A DNA stretch of 64,000 nt from Piromyces finnis finn (GCA_002104945.1 MCFH01000034.1:496001-560000); one strand, 5' to 3'. Positions 14,494 to 29,784 are shown, numbered from the stretch's first letter. The notes: a model not told the origin generated them from the letters alone. Program-made: numbers and translations.

Positions 14494-17400
14494 ATGTTGA
14501 AATTCAATTAAAAAAAAAAAAAAAAAAAATGCAAATCATTTGAAAATAAATTATTTTTTAAAAAAGACACTTTTTTTTTTTATTTTTTTATTTTTTTATT
14601 TTTATGGTGGTGGTGGTGGTGGTAGTAATTTTGTTGTTGTTGTTTTTTGTTGTTATTGCCAAATCCTAAAATTAAATTTGAATATTTAACTTTATTTATT
14701 ATAATTTTTACATTGAAACTTTTTTGGCATGTTTAATATACATTTAATAATAAAAGGTTATTTAATTAATAAATTAATCATTTCTATAGAAAATTAATAT
14801 TATTTTTAAATATTGGTTTGTGTAACTTTAATATATTTGAATGTAATACAAGAAATTTAATCTAAAAAATTGTACATAATCCTTTTATATTTAAATTAGT
14901 TAATCTATAAAGCATAACCCTTTAGCTAGACAAGAAGGAAAAGAAGAAGGAAAAGAAAATACATATACAAGGATTATTAAAAAAAGATTTATAAATAGTA
15001 TGATATTGTAGATATCTTTTTTAATTATAGGATGTTCTTTATTCTTTATTATGTATTATATTGAATAATGCAATGGATACAATTGATACTTTTATAAAGA
15101 ATTATTACTATTTTTATTATCCATCATAGTTTAATTCGTTTTATTTACAAAATTATACCCATCACCTTTTTTATTATACTATAATAAATAATTATAAAAA
15201 ATTTGCATTTACATAATTGAATAGATATAATTATTTAAATTATTACTATCTACTGAAATTGAAACTCATTGTTATAAATAATTTAATATACACAAACAAG
15301 TAATACAAAAAAAAGTTATATTATATATATAAAAAAAACTTTTTTTTTTTTTTTTTAATTTTTATTATTATTATTATTATTATTATTTTTGACACTTTAT
15401 TAATATTAAAATGTTTGGTAAACGATAATTTATAAATCATTGTTTGCTAAATCATAATTTATAAATCATTAGTGTTTATATTTGATATAATTATGTGCAA
15501 ATTATAATTTAAACTTATAAAAACTACATATAATTTTGTTTATTTAATTTATGGAAATTAAAGCGTTTAACTATTATAATTATTATTATTTTTTTAAATT
15601 AAATTATGTTACAGTTTTATTTTAATTTAGTTTGTTTTCGTTCAACTATGACTTATAATTTTATATTATATTAATGATTGTATATTCAGTTTAAAAATGA
15701 TAAACAACAACGGATTAAATATATTATAAATTTTTTAAAATTTACTTTATGGTTATTGTTATTGTTACATTTTAATCATTACAATTATTTATTTATAGTA
15801 AAAACCCTATTAAAAAACAATAAAATGTTACATTAAAGACGATAAATATAAAAAAAATACTTTTGTATCAAAAAGCTTATTCCTTCCCTTGTCTTAAAAA
15901 AGATCATTATAACACCATTTATATACATAACTATCTATTAAAAAAATATAATTATATTCAATGTATTCATGTAGAACTATTAAATATAATAAAGAAATAT
16001 AAAGTCAATATATTTACTAAAAAAAAAAAGAATCAGTTAATACTTTTTTTTTATTGAAACAATATTAATATTTAATAAACATTGAAACAAAAAACTATAA
16101 ATTAAAACAATTCCATTTGTTTGACACTAAATATATATAAAAAAAAATAACGTACTGACATTATATGAAAAATGAATAGATAAAGTAGAATTTAAATATA
16201 TAAATAAATTAAAATATTTAAAAATAAATAATAAAAATGTATCACAACAATTCAATAATTTTTTTTATTTCTTTTCAAGAGATAAATGAATGTTTTTTTT
16301 TTTTTTTTTAAAAAAAAGATTAAATTTGAAGATATTTTAATGCAAACTCATTAAAAAAATGAAATAAATATATTCTTCAATTTAAAATTATTAAGAAATA
16401 ATCATAAAACTATAAAATCATATTTATATAATAATTGAAATTATACTTTATTATTTTAAAATTAATATAGTTTAGATTTTGACTAATGGTAAATCTTTAT
16501 TGATAAAAGATACTATTGTTTTTTGTTACAGCAAACTACTTTTATTAATAAACCTAAATTAAATTTAATTAGTATTTAAATTGTTTTTTAAATAGATATA
16601 TTAAAATCCATTATTGAATAAATAATAAAAAAAAAAAAAACTTAAAAGAAATTTAATATGTAAAAAATAGTTAAACCTTAAGATTTGATATAATAACTAA
16701 TCATATGCATATCTCAAAAATAAATAAATCTATGAATACATTAAAAAAAATAAAAGAAATACCTAACAAGTTTCCTAACAAATTAAAATAAATAAGAACT
16801 TAAAAATTTAAGTGTTTTAGGAAATGATAAATCAAAAGTATGTATAATGAAAACTATTAATATTCATTAAAGATCAATTTTTTAATAAAATGTTATTTTT
16901 TATCTTTATTATTTTAAAATAGGAAAATAAAATTAAAAAAAAAAAAAAAAAAGAGAGAGAGAGGAAAAATTTCAAAATATTTCATTTTTTAAAATTTCTT
17001 TTTTAACATTATTTTTATTAATTATAATTATATATTATTATAAATTATTATATTGCTACATAATAAAATAGTGTAATTTTTTATTTTTCCAACAAATTTT
17101 AAAAGTTTTAGATGAAAATGAGATGAGTATATAATTGCTTATAAAAAAAAAAATAAAAACAATTAAATAAAAAAAACTTTTTAAGTTTTTACGATATTAC
17201 CAAATTCTATCGGAGATTTAAAAAATTTATAATCTAAATCAATATAGATTTATTTTAAAATATAATCCAATATATTGTTCAATATAATATCAAATTAATT
17301 AAATTAAAATATTTACTTTGAAAATTTAATTAATTTTAAAATTACTTTTTGATTATACATAAAAGTAATTAAAAAGTTTTTAATTATTAAAAAAAAAAAT

Positions 17401-17662
17401 AATAGTTATACTATTTTATTAATAAATAATCTTTTTTTTATAGACAACTTTTTTGTAATAGGTAATTTAATAATAATAGAATAATATATATTAATTGTAT
17501 TGAACTGTATTGTAATATTAATAATTGTTTTAATGATATAAAATTGTACAAACTTATAATAAAAGGTTGTTCAAAAGTGAAAGTAAATTAATAAAAATTT
17601 AAATTAAATTTTTGAAAAAAATTTTGAAAAAAAAAAAGTAAAAACTTATTTTTTATAATGAT

Positions 17663-17728
17663 TATTTAAAATAATATTTAAAATAATATTTAAAATAGTA
17701 TTTAAAATAGTATTTAAAATAGTATTTA
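17663..17728. repeat. 12-bp tandem repeat tatttaaaata(a/g), ~5.5 copies
   Basis: Seen directly in the intergenic region. Confidence 0.8.
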
Positions 17729-18347
17729 ATTATATAAACAATTTTTAATAGAATTTTAATTTTAATTATTTAATTTATTATCATTTCTTATTCATCATTA
17801 TTTTTTTTTAATTTTATTAATTTTTTTTGGGTAATCTTCTTTTTTCTTTTTATTTTTCTTTTTTTATAAAAAATTATGTATTTTATATATTCATTAAAAG
17901 AAAAGAACAAATAAAACTATTTTACAATTAATATTAAATATATAAAGTGAAAATATAAATTATCATTTTTTTTATTATTGATTAAATATAGTTTAAAACT
18001 CAATATAATTTTATTTTTATCTATAACTTTTTTATTTTATTAAAAGGAAATATTTAATAGATAATATATATATACATAACAGCAATAACATTATTAATCA
18101 AATATGAAAATATTCTTTTAAAGCTTCAAAGTTATAATTTACAAAGTCATAAAGAAGAAATACTATTTAAATAAATAAAATACATAAACAACAATACTCA
18201 CAATACTATTTTTAAAAAAGATTATTAAATATTTTTATTTTTATAAAAGATATATTATTTTAAAGTCTGAAAAAAAAATAAAGGGAAATAAAAAAAAAAT
18301 TAAAATATTTTGTAATAATTAGTTATATCTATATCAAAAAAAAAAAG

Positions 18348-21300
18348 ATGTTAACTGCTAAAGAAAGCGTAAACACTTTTAAAAATTTAAATAAGAATTC
18401 AAGTGAAGCTATTCCAGAAGATACAACTAATAACGAAGTAATAGGAACATATTCTGATAATAACCAAAATGTCTATAGTTCCAATAATGAACCGATTTCA
18501 TCTATGATAAAACTTTCAAACTTTACAAAACAAATAAACTATAATGATTTGTTATTTACATTTAACCAATTTAAACTTGCTTCACAAGGAATACACATTC
18601 CAATTTGTTATGATAATCAAAGCAAACTTTTCAATATAGGTCATTGTTACAATATTGTATTTGTAGAATTTGTTGATGAAGAAGAAGCTTCTAAGGCTTA
18701 TAATAATAAAATTTTAAGAAATAAACTACGATTCTTTTATGGAGATGATCTTAATGTTGAATATGTTCATAGAAATGAATTAATACAACTTCTTTTACCA
18801 ACATATTTTTGTAGATATTCTGAATCCTTACAACAAAATATAGATTATGAATCATTAATACCTGATAATGAAAACGTCTTATTTATAGAATACAATGAAA
18901 TGGAAACTTTAACCAATATTTGTCAATCACCTGATGTAACTATCATAATTTTAAAATTAAGAAATTATTTTATAGTTTAATTCAATAATCATAATAATAA
19001 TGAAATATTACTTTACTTATCATTTAAAATATTTAAAATATTTTATGTTTTTTTTTTAATCATTTATAGATAAGAATAAAAAGTAGAAATAGATATGTTT
19101 ATTATATACTTTATTATATACATTTTCATTATTTTTTATTAAAAAATAAAATATATTAAATAGAAATAATAGCTTTCATCCATTTTTATTATTAAAATTT
19201 TATAATAGCTTTATTATCAATTAATTATTATTATTTTTAATTATATAAGAAATTTAAATTAAAAATTTTAAAGTATAAAATTTTAAATTTTAAATAATTA
19301 TTTATTAATTAAATTTTTTTTATTAATTTTATTATATTAAAAAGCTTTATTTAAACTTCAAAAGTGAGGAACGTCCATACAATTTTGTTATATCACTTTG
19401 CAAACACTACCCATGGTGTAAATCTAATAAAAATAATAACAATAAGATTTTCAACTTTTATAAAAGTAGGTTATCATAAATTCTTTTTATATATATAAAG
19501 ATTCTTTTGTGTGTGAGTGTGTGATATTAATTTTTTTTTTTATACCATAAATTTTTAATTTAGATATATTATTAATATTAAATCAACATATTGAAGAAAA
19601 AAAGTTCTCAAACAAATTAAATAAAGTATTACTTGCTAAAATGGTTAAAGTTGGTGTTGAATGTCCTGGATTTACAAACACTCAAAAACGTGCTATTATA
19701 AAAAAATATGTAAATATTAAAAATTTGTTAAAAAAAAAAAACAATTACAACAAATAAAATGATTCTATTTAATTTTTTTTAAAGATATGATGTTAATAAA
19801 TAACTATTTTAAATTATATAATAGGATAATGTTGATAATTATAAGGAAATAATGATAAAGAAAGATCCAACTGATCTTTCAAAGAAAAAATTATCAGACC
19901 AAACTAATACCACAACCACTCCGGTTAATACTATGGATGAAACATCAAATAATAATATTAATAATGATAGTTGTGGTAATAATCAAACTGAAGATGAATG
20001 TAAAAATAATGAATTCAATTTTACAAAGAATTCATTTAATCAAGAAAATGGATTAGCCATTGAATTAAGTGCTGATACAGAAGTTACTGTAAATATCAAA
20101 CATAATTTACAATTACAATAAAAAATAAATTTATTTTTTAATATTTTTTTTTTCTTTTCATTATCATTATTATATGGATTAATTAATTAACAGGATAATG
20201 AAGAAGATAACAACAATAATAACAACAACAATAACAATAGTAATGAATTAAATGCCGACAAATTAGAAACTAATAATGAAAACTGTCAAAATTTCAGTGA
20301 TCCACGTGGTAATCAAATTTTAGATTTGATTAATAAGAATCTTAGTAATTACCCAGGTTATGGATTTGCCATTCAACCAATTCCACCACCAACAGTAAAT
20401 GAATACTATAACATGTACAGAAATTATGATGGTTATAATTATTATGGATATGGTAATTATGATTACAATAATAACTATTCACGTGAAAAAACAGAAAATA
20501 ACATGAAATACGAAAATGATATTAATGATAACCACAACAATAATAACAACAATAGTAACAGTAAAACCAACAATAACAATAACAAGTTTAATCCAAAATC
20601 AACCCCATTATATAAGAAAGACAAGTTAGATGTAAATGACCTTAACAATAAATTTAAATCAAATGAAAAAGGAAATAGAGTAAAATAATCGTTTTTATAT
20701 ATATTTATTAAAAAATAATAAAAATATTTTTTATAGTCCATGTTAATATTAATAAATATGAATATATTATATATATATTTATATACGTTTAATTTTTGTT
20801 TTATATAGTCAAAAGTAAAAAATTATCCAGATGTTCCTATTCAACTAGCTAGAAGTATGGTAAATAAAACTCCAGATTGTAATGAATTATTTAGAGAATA
20901 TTGTGGAATATTAGAAAATTGGTATAGACAAAGACTATCGAGAGAAATAGAAACAAGGGTTGAACAGAAATTAAAGGATATGAAATATAATAGAACTCAC
21001 AGTGATAAAATAATAAGTTTATTAGAAAATCTTCAAATGGATTCATTATTTGATACTGAAGAAGATATTGAAACTAAATTATTTAAATTAGTTGCAGAAA
21101 TTTTGAGATTACAAGGTAAAGTAAAAAAAAAAGCACAAACAGCAACAATAAATTTTCTGTAAAATAATGTTTTATTTTTATAAAAATAAAAATAAAACTT
21201 TTTATCTTTTAATTTTATTATAATATTAATAAAACCATTTTTCTTCTTCCCCCCTTTTTATTTTGTATATTTTGAGTAGGTATTGAAAGAACTTACAATG

Positions 21301-22358
21301 ATTACAAGAGTAATTCAGTAGATAACTTTAAGAATCAAATCTGTAAATTAACGGAAAATATATCGAATATATATCAAATAATGAACATTGAAAAATCTCA
21401 AAAAGAATTAGTTAATTTAAGTAATCAACTTAATACCATTAATAAATTTGTTAAATATCCATCTGCTCGTGATAAGTATTCCGATTCAAATACTAATGCT
21501 GAAAATTTCCAAAATATATTATTAAATGCTTTTAACTGTAATGGTAATTCTATTAATGACAGTAATATAAGAAAATTCTGTGCTAAAAGAATGTATAATT
21601 CAAATAGTAATGATAATGCTAGTGTCAGTAGTTATACAAGTTCAAATAATAATGATAAAGATAGAAAAGGAAGAAATTCATTTAATATGAATCATCACCA
21701 TCATAATAATAAGCGATCCCCATTTTCTAATAATAGTAATAATAATAGTAATAATAACATTAATAGAAATTTTATGAGTAGAGATAATTCAATTGATTTA
21801 TTTAAAAATAACAAAAATCTTACTAAAGTTTTAATGGAAAACTTATCCTACAATTCACAAAATCAAAATCAAAATAATTATTACTCAGCGAAAAATACAA
21901 AGATTAGAAGCAATACTAATGGTAGTAATATTGTAAAGAATCAAGATAAAATGAATCAAAAATTAGGTCGTCAAACTAGCTTTGGCAATATGGTTAAAAA
22001 TAATTCTCATTTAAATAAAAACTTTTCAGCATGTTCAAGTAACGACACCATAATACAAGATAATACACAATTATTATATAACAGTAATGATACCTTAATT
22101 AATAATGAAGAAATTTCAAACACTAGTAATGACAACACTGTTTTAAGTCATTGTGAATCCATTGAATCTTGCACATCAAAAGAAACTTATGTAAATTGTC
22201 AAGAAAAAATAGATACATCAACAACAACAACATCATCATCAAAAACAACAACAAATTCAAATCATAAGGAACCAGTAGTAGAATCTTCAACGAATAATAT
22301 GATAAAGGGTATTGTTATTAATAATATAGAAACTAATGAAGTAACCAATGACAATTAA
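18348..22358 (+). CDS. RRM-containing protein with a conserved fungal ERPY...YPW / CPGFT..QK module and Asn-rich tail; ~7 exons
   Basis: RRM-like IKLSNFTKQINYNDLLFTF...VFVEFVDEEEASKA. Hand-spliced exons at 19345-19465 (ERPYNFVISLCKHYPW) and 19564-19709 (LLAKMVKVGVECPGFTNTQKRAII) are in phase. The later exons correspond to ORFs 19852, 20326, 20857 and 21381. Confidence 0.7.
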
Positions 22359-22618
22359 TTATCATAACAACAATTTTATATATTTAATAATTTACATCAT
22401 GTAAAAAAAAAAAAGTTTTTTTTTTCTTTATTATATAAATAATTTATTTCATTTCCTTTATTATTATTTTTTTTCAATATTATTAAATATATTCTTTATT
22501 ATTCACAGATGATTATATAATAACTTTTTTTTTTATGATTAATTTCATTTCATTTATTATTTCGTTAGTTTAGGTTAATTTAGCATTTTTTTATTCATTA
22601 AAATTCTAATTGTTAATG

Positions 22619-22656
<38 letters not shown>

Positions 22657-23547
22657 GCTTTTTTTAAATGAATATTAATTATGTTTATTAGAAGCTTAAT
22701 TTTATTAACACATTAAAATTATTAATAGCGTTTATTAATATATATTTATTTTAATTAAAATATAACCTAGTTATTACATTATGTCAATTAATTAATTTTA
22801 TACCCTTTTAAATCTCTCATACTCTTATTTAATTTGTTTTAATTTCAATTTACTTAAAAACAAGATGAAAACCCCCCAAAAAATAATTAATATATATATA
22901 TATAAAACATAAACAACCAAAATTAATAAATAAAAAAATTTAAAAAAAAAAAAAGATAAAAGAAAGCCTTAACAACAAACAATTAATAATAATAATGATA
23001 ATAAATAAATATATTCATATAAATATGAAACTTTATAATCAAAACTATTTATTATAATATTATATAATATAATATATTTACAAAAATGCATATATATTTT
23101 ATCTTTTATATATATATAGTTATTATTTTACCTTTTTTTTTTTATTATTTTTGATTTTCAATGTACTATTGAATATAAAAAAGAATTATAATTAAATACT
23201 ATATATTAATTTAATTACATTATTTAATTTAACAAAAAAAAGGTATTTTAATTTACAAGAATTAATTAAAGTTTATTTTACTAATAGATATTTAACAAGT
23301 AGTATGTATAAAGGTATAAAGTAATTAATTTGGATAATATAAGAAACTATCTTTTTTTTTTCCCTTATTTAATATTTGTAAACTATAAATTATATTAATA
23401 ATAGATTAGGATATAAAATTAGGAAAAATATTATTAAATGCATGTAATAAATGTAAAATAATATAATTTATGATATTAAATGAAGTTAATTAGAATTTCA
23501 CAAATTTTATAAATTTTAAAATAGATATATGCTTTTTTTTTTTTTTT

Positions 23548-23921
23548 TTAAATTTCTTGATTTTTAGTCGCAGAGATAGATGTTAATAATAATAATTGGA
23601 AAATAAAGTAAAGACCAATAAGACATCCAATTGAAATTACTATAATAAAAATAATTCTCCTACTATAATACCTATCAATCTATTTATAATAAAAGAGATA
23701 TTATTAGTTTTAAAGTATTTATAAATATTATCTTTTTAAATTATTTTTATATATATGTGACATACAATATCATTTGAATTTGATTTTTCATTCTTATCAC
23801 TTATAGGTTTTGTGGGTATCGATATTAGAAAGAGAAATAATGTAATATAGAATATAGAAGTATATACTAATATATTACTTTTAATTTAAAGATTTAAAAT
23901 AGTTAGTTATTTTGATTTTCC

Positions 23922-23952
<31 letters not shown>

Positions 23953-24195
23953 CTTTAAATAATTTTTTTTTCTTTTGTTGTATTATAATGATTAAAAAAA
24001 TTGCATTTTTTACCTAAAATTATTAGAACATATGGTTAAAAGCCATATAGCTGCTATTATAAAAAATGAAATTGTTAATAGTAAGGTCCCCCATCCAACA
24101 CCAAAGGTAGGTGTTTTATATGTTTGTCCATAAACAAATTCTATTAATGATAATAAGACAGTAATTGGTATAACTCTCCTTTGATTAAATATCAT
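23548..24195 (-). CDS. TMEM218: TMEM218-like small membrane protein (ciliary transition zone), ~141 aa; 3 exons (24195-24014, 23877-23766, 23679-23548)
   Basis: The spliced product ...FGVGWGTLLLTISFFIIAAIWLLTICSNNFS-NILVYTSIFYITLFLFLISIPTKP...-IDRYYSRRIIFIIVISIGCLIGLYFIF has three TM helices. It shows the LGVGxGxF start, a Pro after TM2 and the (V/I)Dx(F/Y)(F/Y)xxR pre-TM3 pattern remembered from TMEM218. Splice phases 2 and 0 fit exactly. Homology judged by eye. Confidence 0.72.
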
Positions 24196-24888
24196 TTTTT
24201 TTATTAATTCCGTGTGTATGAAAAAAGAAACAATTTTACATTGATTTATTCTAATTTTTGAAAAAAAATAAAGGATAAAAAAGAAATTAAAATTTTTATT
24301 TAGCGGAGTTCAACTATAAAAAAAAAAAAGTTACACTAATTTTTCATTTAATTTTTTTTTTTTAAAAGGTGTAATATCTTATTTCTATCTATTTAATGAT
24401 AGAATAATAATTGACAAAAAAATTAAACTTTTTTTATATAACATATAATATATTTATTATTTATTATATATACATTATTATTATCATTTGTAATACCAGT
24501 TATAGTATAATTAAGATATGATGGATACTAAAAATAATGTCATAATTTATATTTGTTTTAAATACATGATAGGGAAAAAAATATTTAGTAAATTACTGTT
24601 TTTTTTTTTTTTTTTTTTTTTTTTTCTTCTTCTTCTTCTTCTTCTAACTTTTGTTAACTTTTTATCAAATTATAACTATAATTATAATTATAATCATTGG
24701 ATTTTAAAAAATTATATAATATTTTTTTTCTTTAAAAAATATAATTGTAAATAAAAATCAAATAAAAACAAATAAACTAATAAAAAAAAAAGAATAAAAA
24801 AATTAAATAAATATACAATATATACTGTGCTATATATATAATGTACATTAATTTTTATATGTTAATCTACAAAATATTTGGTTTTTTT

Positions 24889-27676
24889 TTAGTTTGATGA
24901 AGACATACAACATGAAAAAATGCCTAAGAAACCACCACTTTTCTTTTTTGGTGTTTCATTATTATTTTCCGGTGTAGTGGCAGTAGCAGCAGCAGCAGGA
25001 GTTGGTTCAGGAGTTACAGCTGGTTCTGTTGTAACAGGTTCTTGCTTTATTTCGGTTTTTTGTTCTTCAACTGGTTCTGGTTTAGCTACAGGTTCAGATG
25101 TATTTTCCGGTTCAGCAGCTTTAGTTGGTTCTGGTTGAGTTTCAGTTGGTTCATTTTTTACTTCTTCTTTTTTTTCTTCTTTTACTTCTTCTTCTTCTTC
25201 TTCTTTAGTTTCTTGAACTTCTTCTTTAGCTGTTTCATCGGATGATTCAACTTTTTTATCTTGTTGTTCTTCTTTATCATCTTCTTTTTGTTCATCCTCA
25301 TCATTATCTTCCATTTTTATTTCATTATATAATGGTGAATTAACGTTAGTAGTATTATTTATTTGAGTATGGTGATTAATAATATTATTATTTTCTTCAG
25401 AAGCATGTTGACTATGAGATTTATTAGTCATTTCATCAACTGAACCACCACCACCTCTTAAAACTTGCATTGAAGCATTTTGTGTAGTACTTTCATTAAT
25501 TACTGGAACTGATGCATTGGAAGCTTTTTGTTCTTTTACCTCCTTTTCTTTTTCCTTTTGTTGCTCTTTTACTTGAGATGAACAGTTAGCAGTTGATTTT
25601 TGTTTTTCATGTAGTCTAGTAATTTCTTTTCTTTGTTCTTCTAATTTTAACATCCAATCAAATACATTATCTTCTTCTTCACCCATTCTCTTTAATACCT
25701 TATCGAATAATCCTCTCAAATAATCATAATCTGGAGTTTCTTCAAATCCAAGTTTTCTTACATAATTCATATATATAGCAAATTCCTCTATAAATATTTT
25801 TTTTATAATATTTAATATATAGAGAATATAAATAAATTATAATTATTAATAAGAAGAATAATTAATATTATATATTGATTTATTTTATTTTATAATGCTT
25901 AATATAAAAATTTATATTTCTTTTTTTTTTTTTCTTAATATAAATGAAATTCTTACCTGGAAAACCGTCACATAATTCTTTAATAGATGTTGTACGTTTT
26001 TTCTCACCAATCTTTTCATATTTTTGTTTATTAGTAGCTGCCTTCATACCTTGCCATGGTAAAGAACCTCTTAAGAAATACATTAAGACATGACCTAAAC
26101 CTTCTAAATCATCACGTCTACTTTGTTCTCTTCCCAAGTGAGTATTAATACTCATATATCTAGCAGTACCACTAAGACTTCTCTTTTCTTTATATGGTAT
26201 ATGTTGTAAAGTCTTTGGATCTCTGTAGAATTTCGCCATACCGAAATCAATTAAATATATTTGACTGGCTGTATGTGGATGTTCTTTAGAATGATTTTTT
26301 AATATTGAATTAACATCTATATCTGAAGATGAATTTGAATCTACATAAGGTGGAATTCTACCAACTAAGAAATTATCTGGTTTAATATCACGATAAACTA
26401 AAGACTTTTCATGAACAGATTGTACACGACATAACTTTTTATAACAAAGAAAAAAAAACATAATAAAAAAATTAAAATTTATTATATTGATTTAATAATT
26501 AATAGTATGTGGAGGATAACTTATTTCCTCATATAAAATAATAATTAAAACTTTTGAAAATCAATCAATTTAAATAAAATTAAAAAAATACCTCTCAAAT
26601 AATATAATGATTATAATAATAAAATTAATAATAATAATAAAAAAAGAAACAACAAACTTAATCATTATACTAATAAGATTAAATATCATTACATCCACAT
26701 AAAAAAAAAAAAAAAACAATTTAAACTATATCATTATTAAATTAATGAATTTTTTTTTTTCGATTATTAATTTATAATATAAATATATATTACCATTTGT
26801 TTTGCAGCCATACAAACAGTTTTTACAGAAAATTTTCTATTACATGTATCGAATAAATCTTCTAAAGATGGTCCTAATAAATCAATAACTAATATATTGT
26901 ACATACTTTCTGATCCAAAATAATAAGCGTTTGGAATACCGGCTTTTTTTTTTTTTATAATTTCATATTTTTTAATTTAATTAATATTCAATTAAACATA
27001 TTTAAATTAGTATTATATATAAAGGAAAATTCTATTTTTATATATAATGTTGATTATCATTACTAAATCCTTGCAATAATTTATATGTTCTAAATTCATC
27101 TCTAAGTTGTGGTGCTTCACTCTTTTTTGATTCGTATTTAATAGCTACATGTTTATTTGTTTGGGTATCAATACCTTTTTATAGAAAATTATATATATAT
27201 ATATATATATATTTTTTAAAAAAAAAGATTTATAAAATATATATATTTAATATTCAAGATATAATAATAATAATAGTAGTAGTAGTAGTAATGATAATAT
27301 TTAAAAAATTTTTAATATATTTATTATCATTAAGTAATTAATAATTAATATATATATATAGATTTAATTTTTAAAAAAACTTACCATCATAAATAATACC
27401 AAAACTACCTTCACCAATTCTTCTACCAATTTTAAAATGATTTCCTACAACATTATTACTAGTAACTTCTCTTCTACTGTGATGATGATGTGAACTTTCC
27501 CTGTTTTCTGTATGTTGTTGTTGTTGTCTTTGTGGATTTTGTGAACTATGATGTTGATGTAATAATGCAGATCCAGTGTTAGGGGCTGCCATTTTTGTTA
27601 CATCTTTTGAAGTATATTCTGCTTCAGCATTATTTTTAAGATTTTCATTTGGTATATCAGATTCAACTTGTGCCAT
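24889..27676 (-). CDS. Casein kinase I, Yck1/Yck2/Cki (CK1-gamma-like) type; 5 exons
   Basis: Motifs [85 protein letters not shown] and LPWQG; C-terminal di-Cys (SCCMSSSN). Confidence 0.95.
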
Positions 27677-27933
27677 ATTTTATTTACTTATTTAATTACT
27701 TTTTTTTTATTTTTTTATTTTTTGGATAAATTTAATATTATTATTTGTATATATACTGACAATAATGGTTTAAAATCAATTTTTGAAAGAAAAGAACGAT
27801 ATTTTGATAATTATATTCCTTTGATTAAAAATATAATACTTTTATAATTTAAATATAGAAATAGAATAGAATGAAATATTTAAAAAAAAAGATAAAAAAA
27901 TATATATTAAATTAATGTAATTAATTTCCAATG

Positions 27934-27975
<42 letters not shown>

Positions 27976-29715
27976 GTTCAGCTATTGTACTGATAATATC
28001 TTTATTATTCTCTCGGTTAGTGATAAAAAAAAATTTTAAATTTTTTTATGGATTATTTTTTTATTATTATTTTAATCAATACATATAAATATTATATTTT
28101 TATTATTACTTTTTAGTTTCTTTTCTTTCTCTGTTATTTCCTTTTTTCTTATTTTTATTTTTATTAATAATTGTTAAATGGGTTAAAATAAAATAAAAAG
28201 GAAAAAAAATGAATTAAAAATGGAATAACTTAAAAACTATGTATAACAAAAATAAGATTAAATAATGATAAAAGTGAGAGTTTATTTATTATTATTTATA
28301 AATTATATTTTTAAATAAAATTAATACTATTATAAATATAAGAATATATAATAATTATAGTTCTTTTCATTTTTTATACATTTATGCATATGTGCATATA
28401 TTTAAATTAACAGTCAACTTAAACTTTATAATATTCTAAAAAAAAAAAAAAATAAAAATTACAATTATTAATAATATTGGATATTATATAAATTCTTCAT
28501 TAATTAGTATGAAAATAGAGTATGCATGCTATAAAAAAATAACTATTTCATTTTTTTTAACTCAATAATATATTTTTATTAATATTTGGCCTAGAATGAA
28601 AATAGAAAGTAGAATTCGTTATATATTTATTATAAACTTTAAAAAGCTAAATTATTGAAAAATAATTAATATTATTTATAATTCTATTGAAAAAAAAAAA
28701 AATTTACTTTTTAAAAGTTATAAGGGTTTTATTTTATTAAAATTTTCTAATACCATAAAATTATAATACTGAATTCATATAATTATATTATTTTATCTCT
28801 ATGAAGTAAATATAAAAATGCTACTTTCCATTAATAATAATATTAATTATCGTCATCATCATCATAATAGTCATTAAAAATAATAGACGCTAATAAAAGT
28901 ATCAACTGTATTAACCAAATTGATTATATTTTAACATTTTATAATAATATGAATATAAATAATTGAAACTTTAAATATATATATATTTTTAAATTATAAG
29001 AAATAATAAATATTGAAATCAAAATATTTTTCTATTTTTAGAATTCTATTATATTAAAGATAAAATCATATAGGGAAATTTTATAAAAAAAAAAACAAAA
29101 CAAAACAAAAATAATACAACCATATTTCATATTTCTTATATATATACATACTTAGAATTGATATCTTGATTATTTATTTGTATATATATATACGAGCTAT
29201 ATGATATTTAGACAATAAAATAACATCTTTTTCTTATTCATTATATATATGCTTGACGATTAAATAGCTTCAATAGGTTAATAAGTGTTGTACTATAATT
29301 ATTATTTTAAAATTTTGTCAATTTATATTTGTAGTGAATGATCATTCTATTCTATATATACAATAAGTTTCTTTTTATTCTTTTTTTTTTTTTAAAGCTA
29401 TATTTCAAAATATATTTTTATAATATTTTTTTTAATAAAAAAGGGTAAAAAAATGACAAACATTTCTTTGGTGGATCATTCATAAATTATTTCTATAATA
29501 AAACTACAAGATGTGTTTACATACTAAAAGTTTGAAATAACCTTTTTAAAGTGTTGATTTTATAAATTTCCACTTTAAAGCTATTAATAAATACTATATA
29601 AAATCAGAAATTATCTTTTTATTGAAAGAGAAAGTAAATCCTTTAATTCTTTTATGTTTTTAAATTTTATATATTTATTTGTGGATATTTTAAATTAAAA
29701 GTAGACTTTATGGAG

Positions 29716-29717
29716 AA

Positions 29718-29784
<67 letters not shown>

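Noticed and set aside
24920-25245. Antisense ORFs over the CK1 tail
   Set aside because: Shadow ORFs of repetitive Glu/Lys/Pro/Thr codons.
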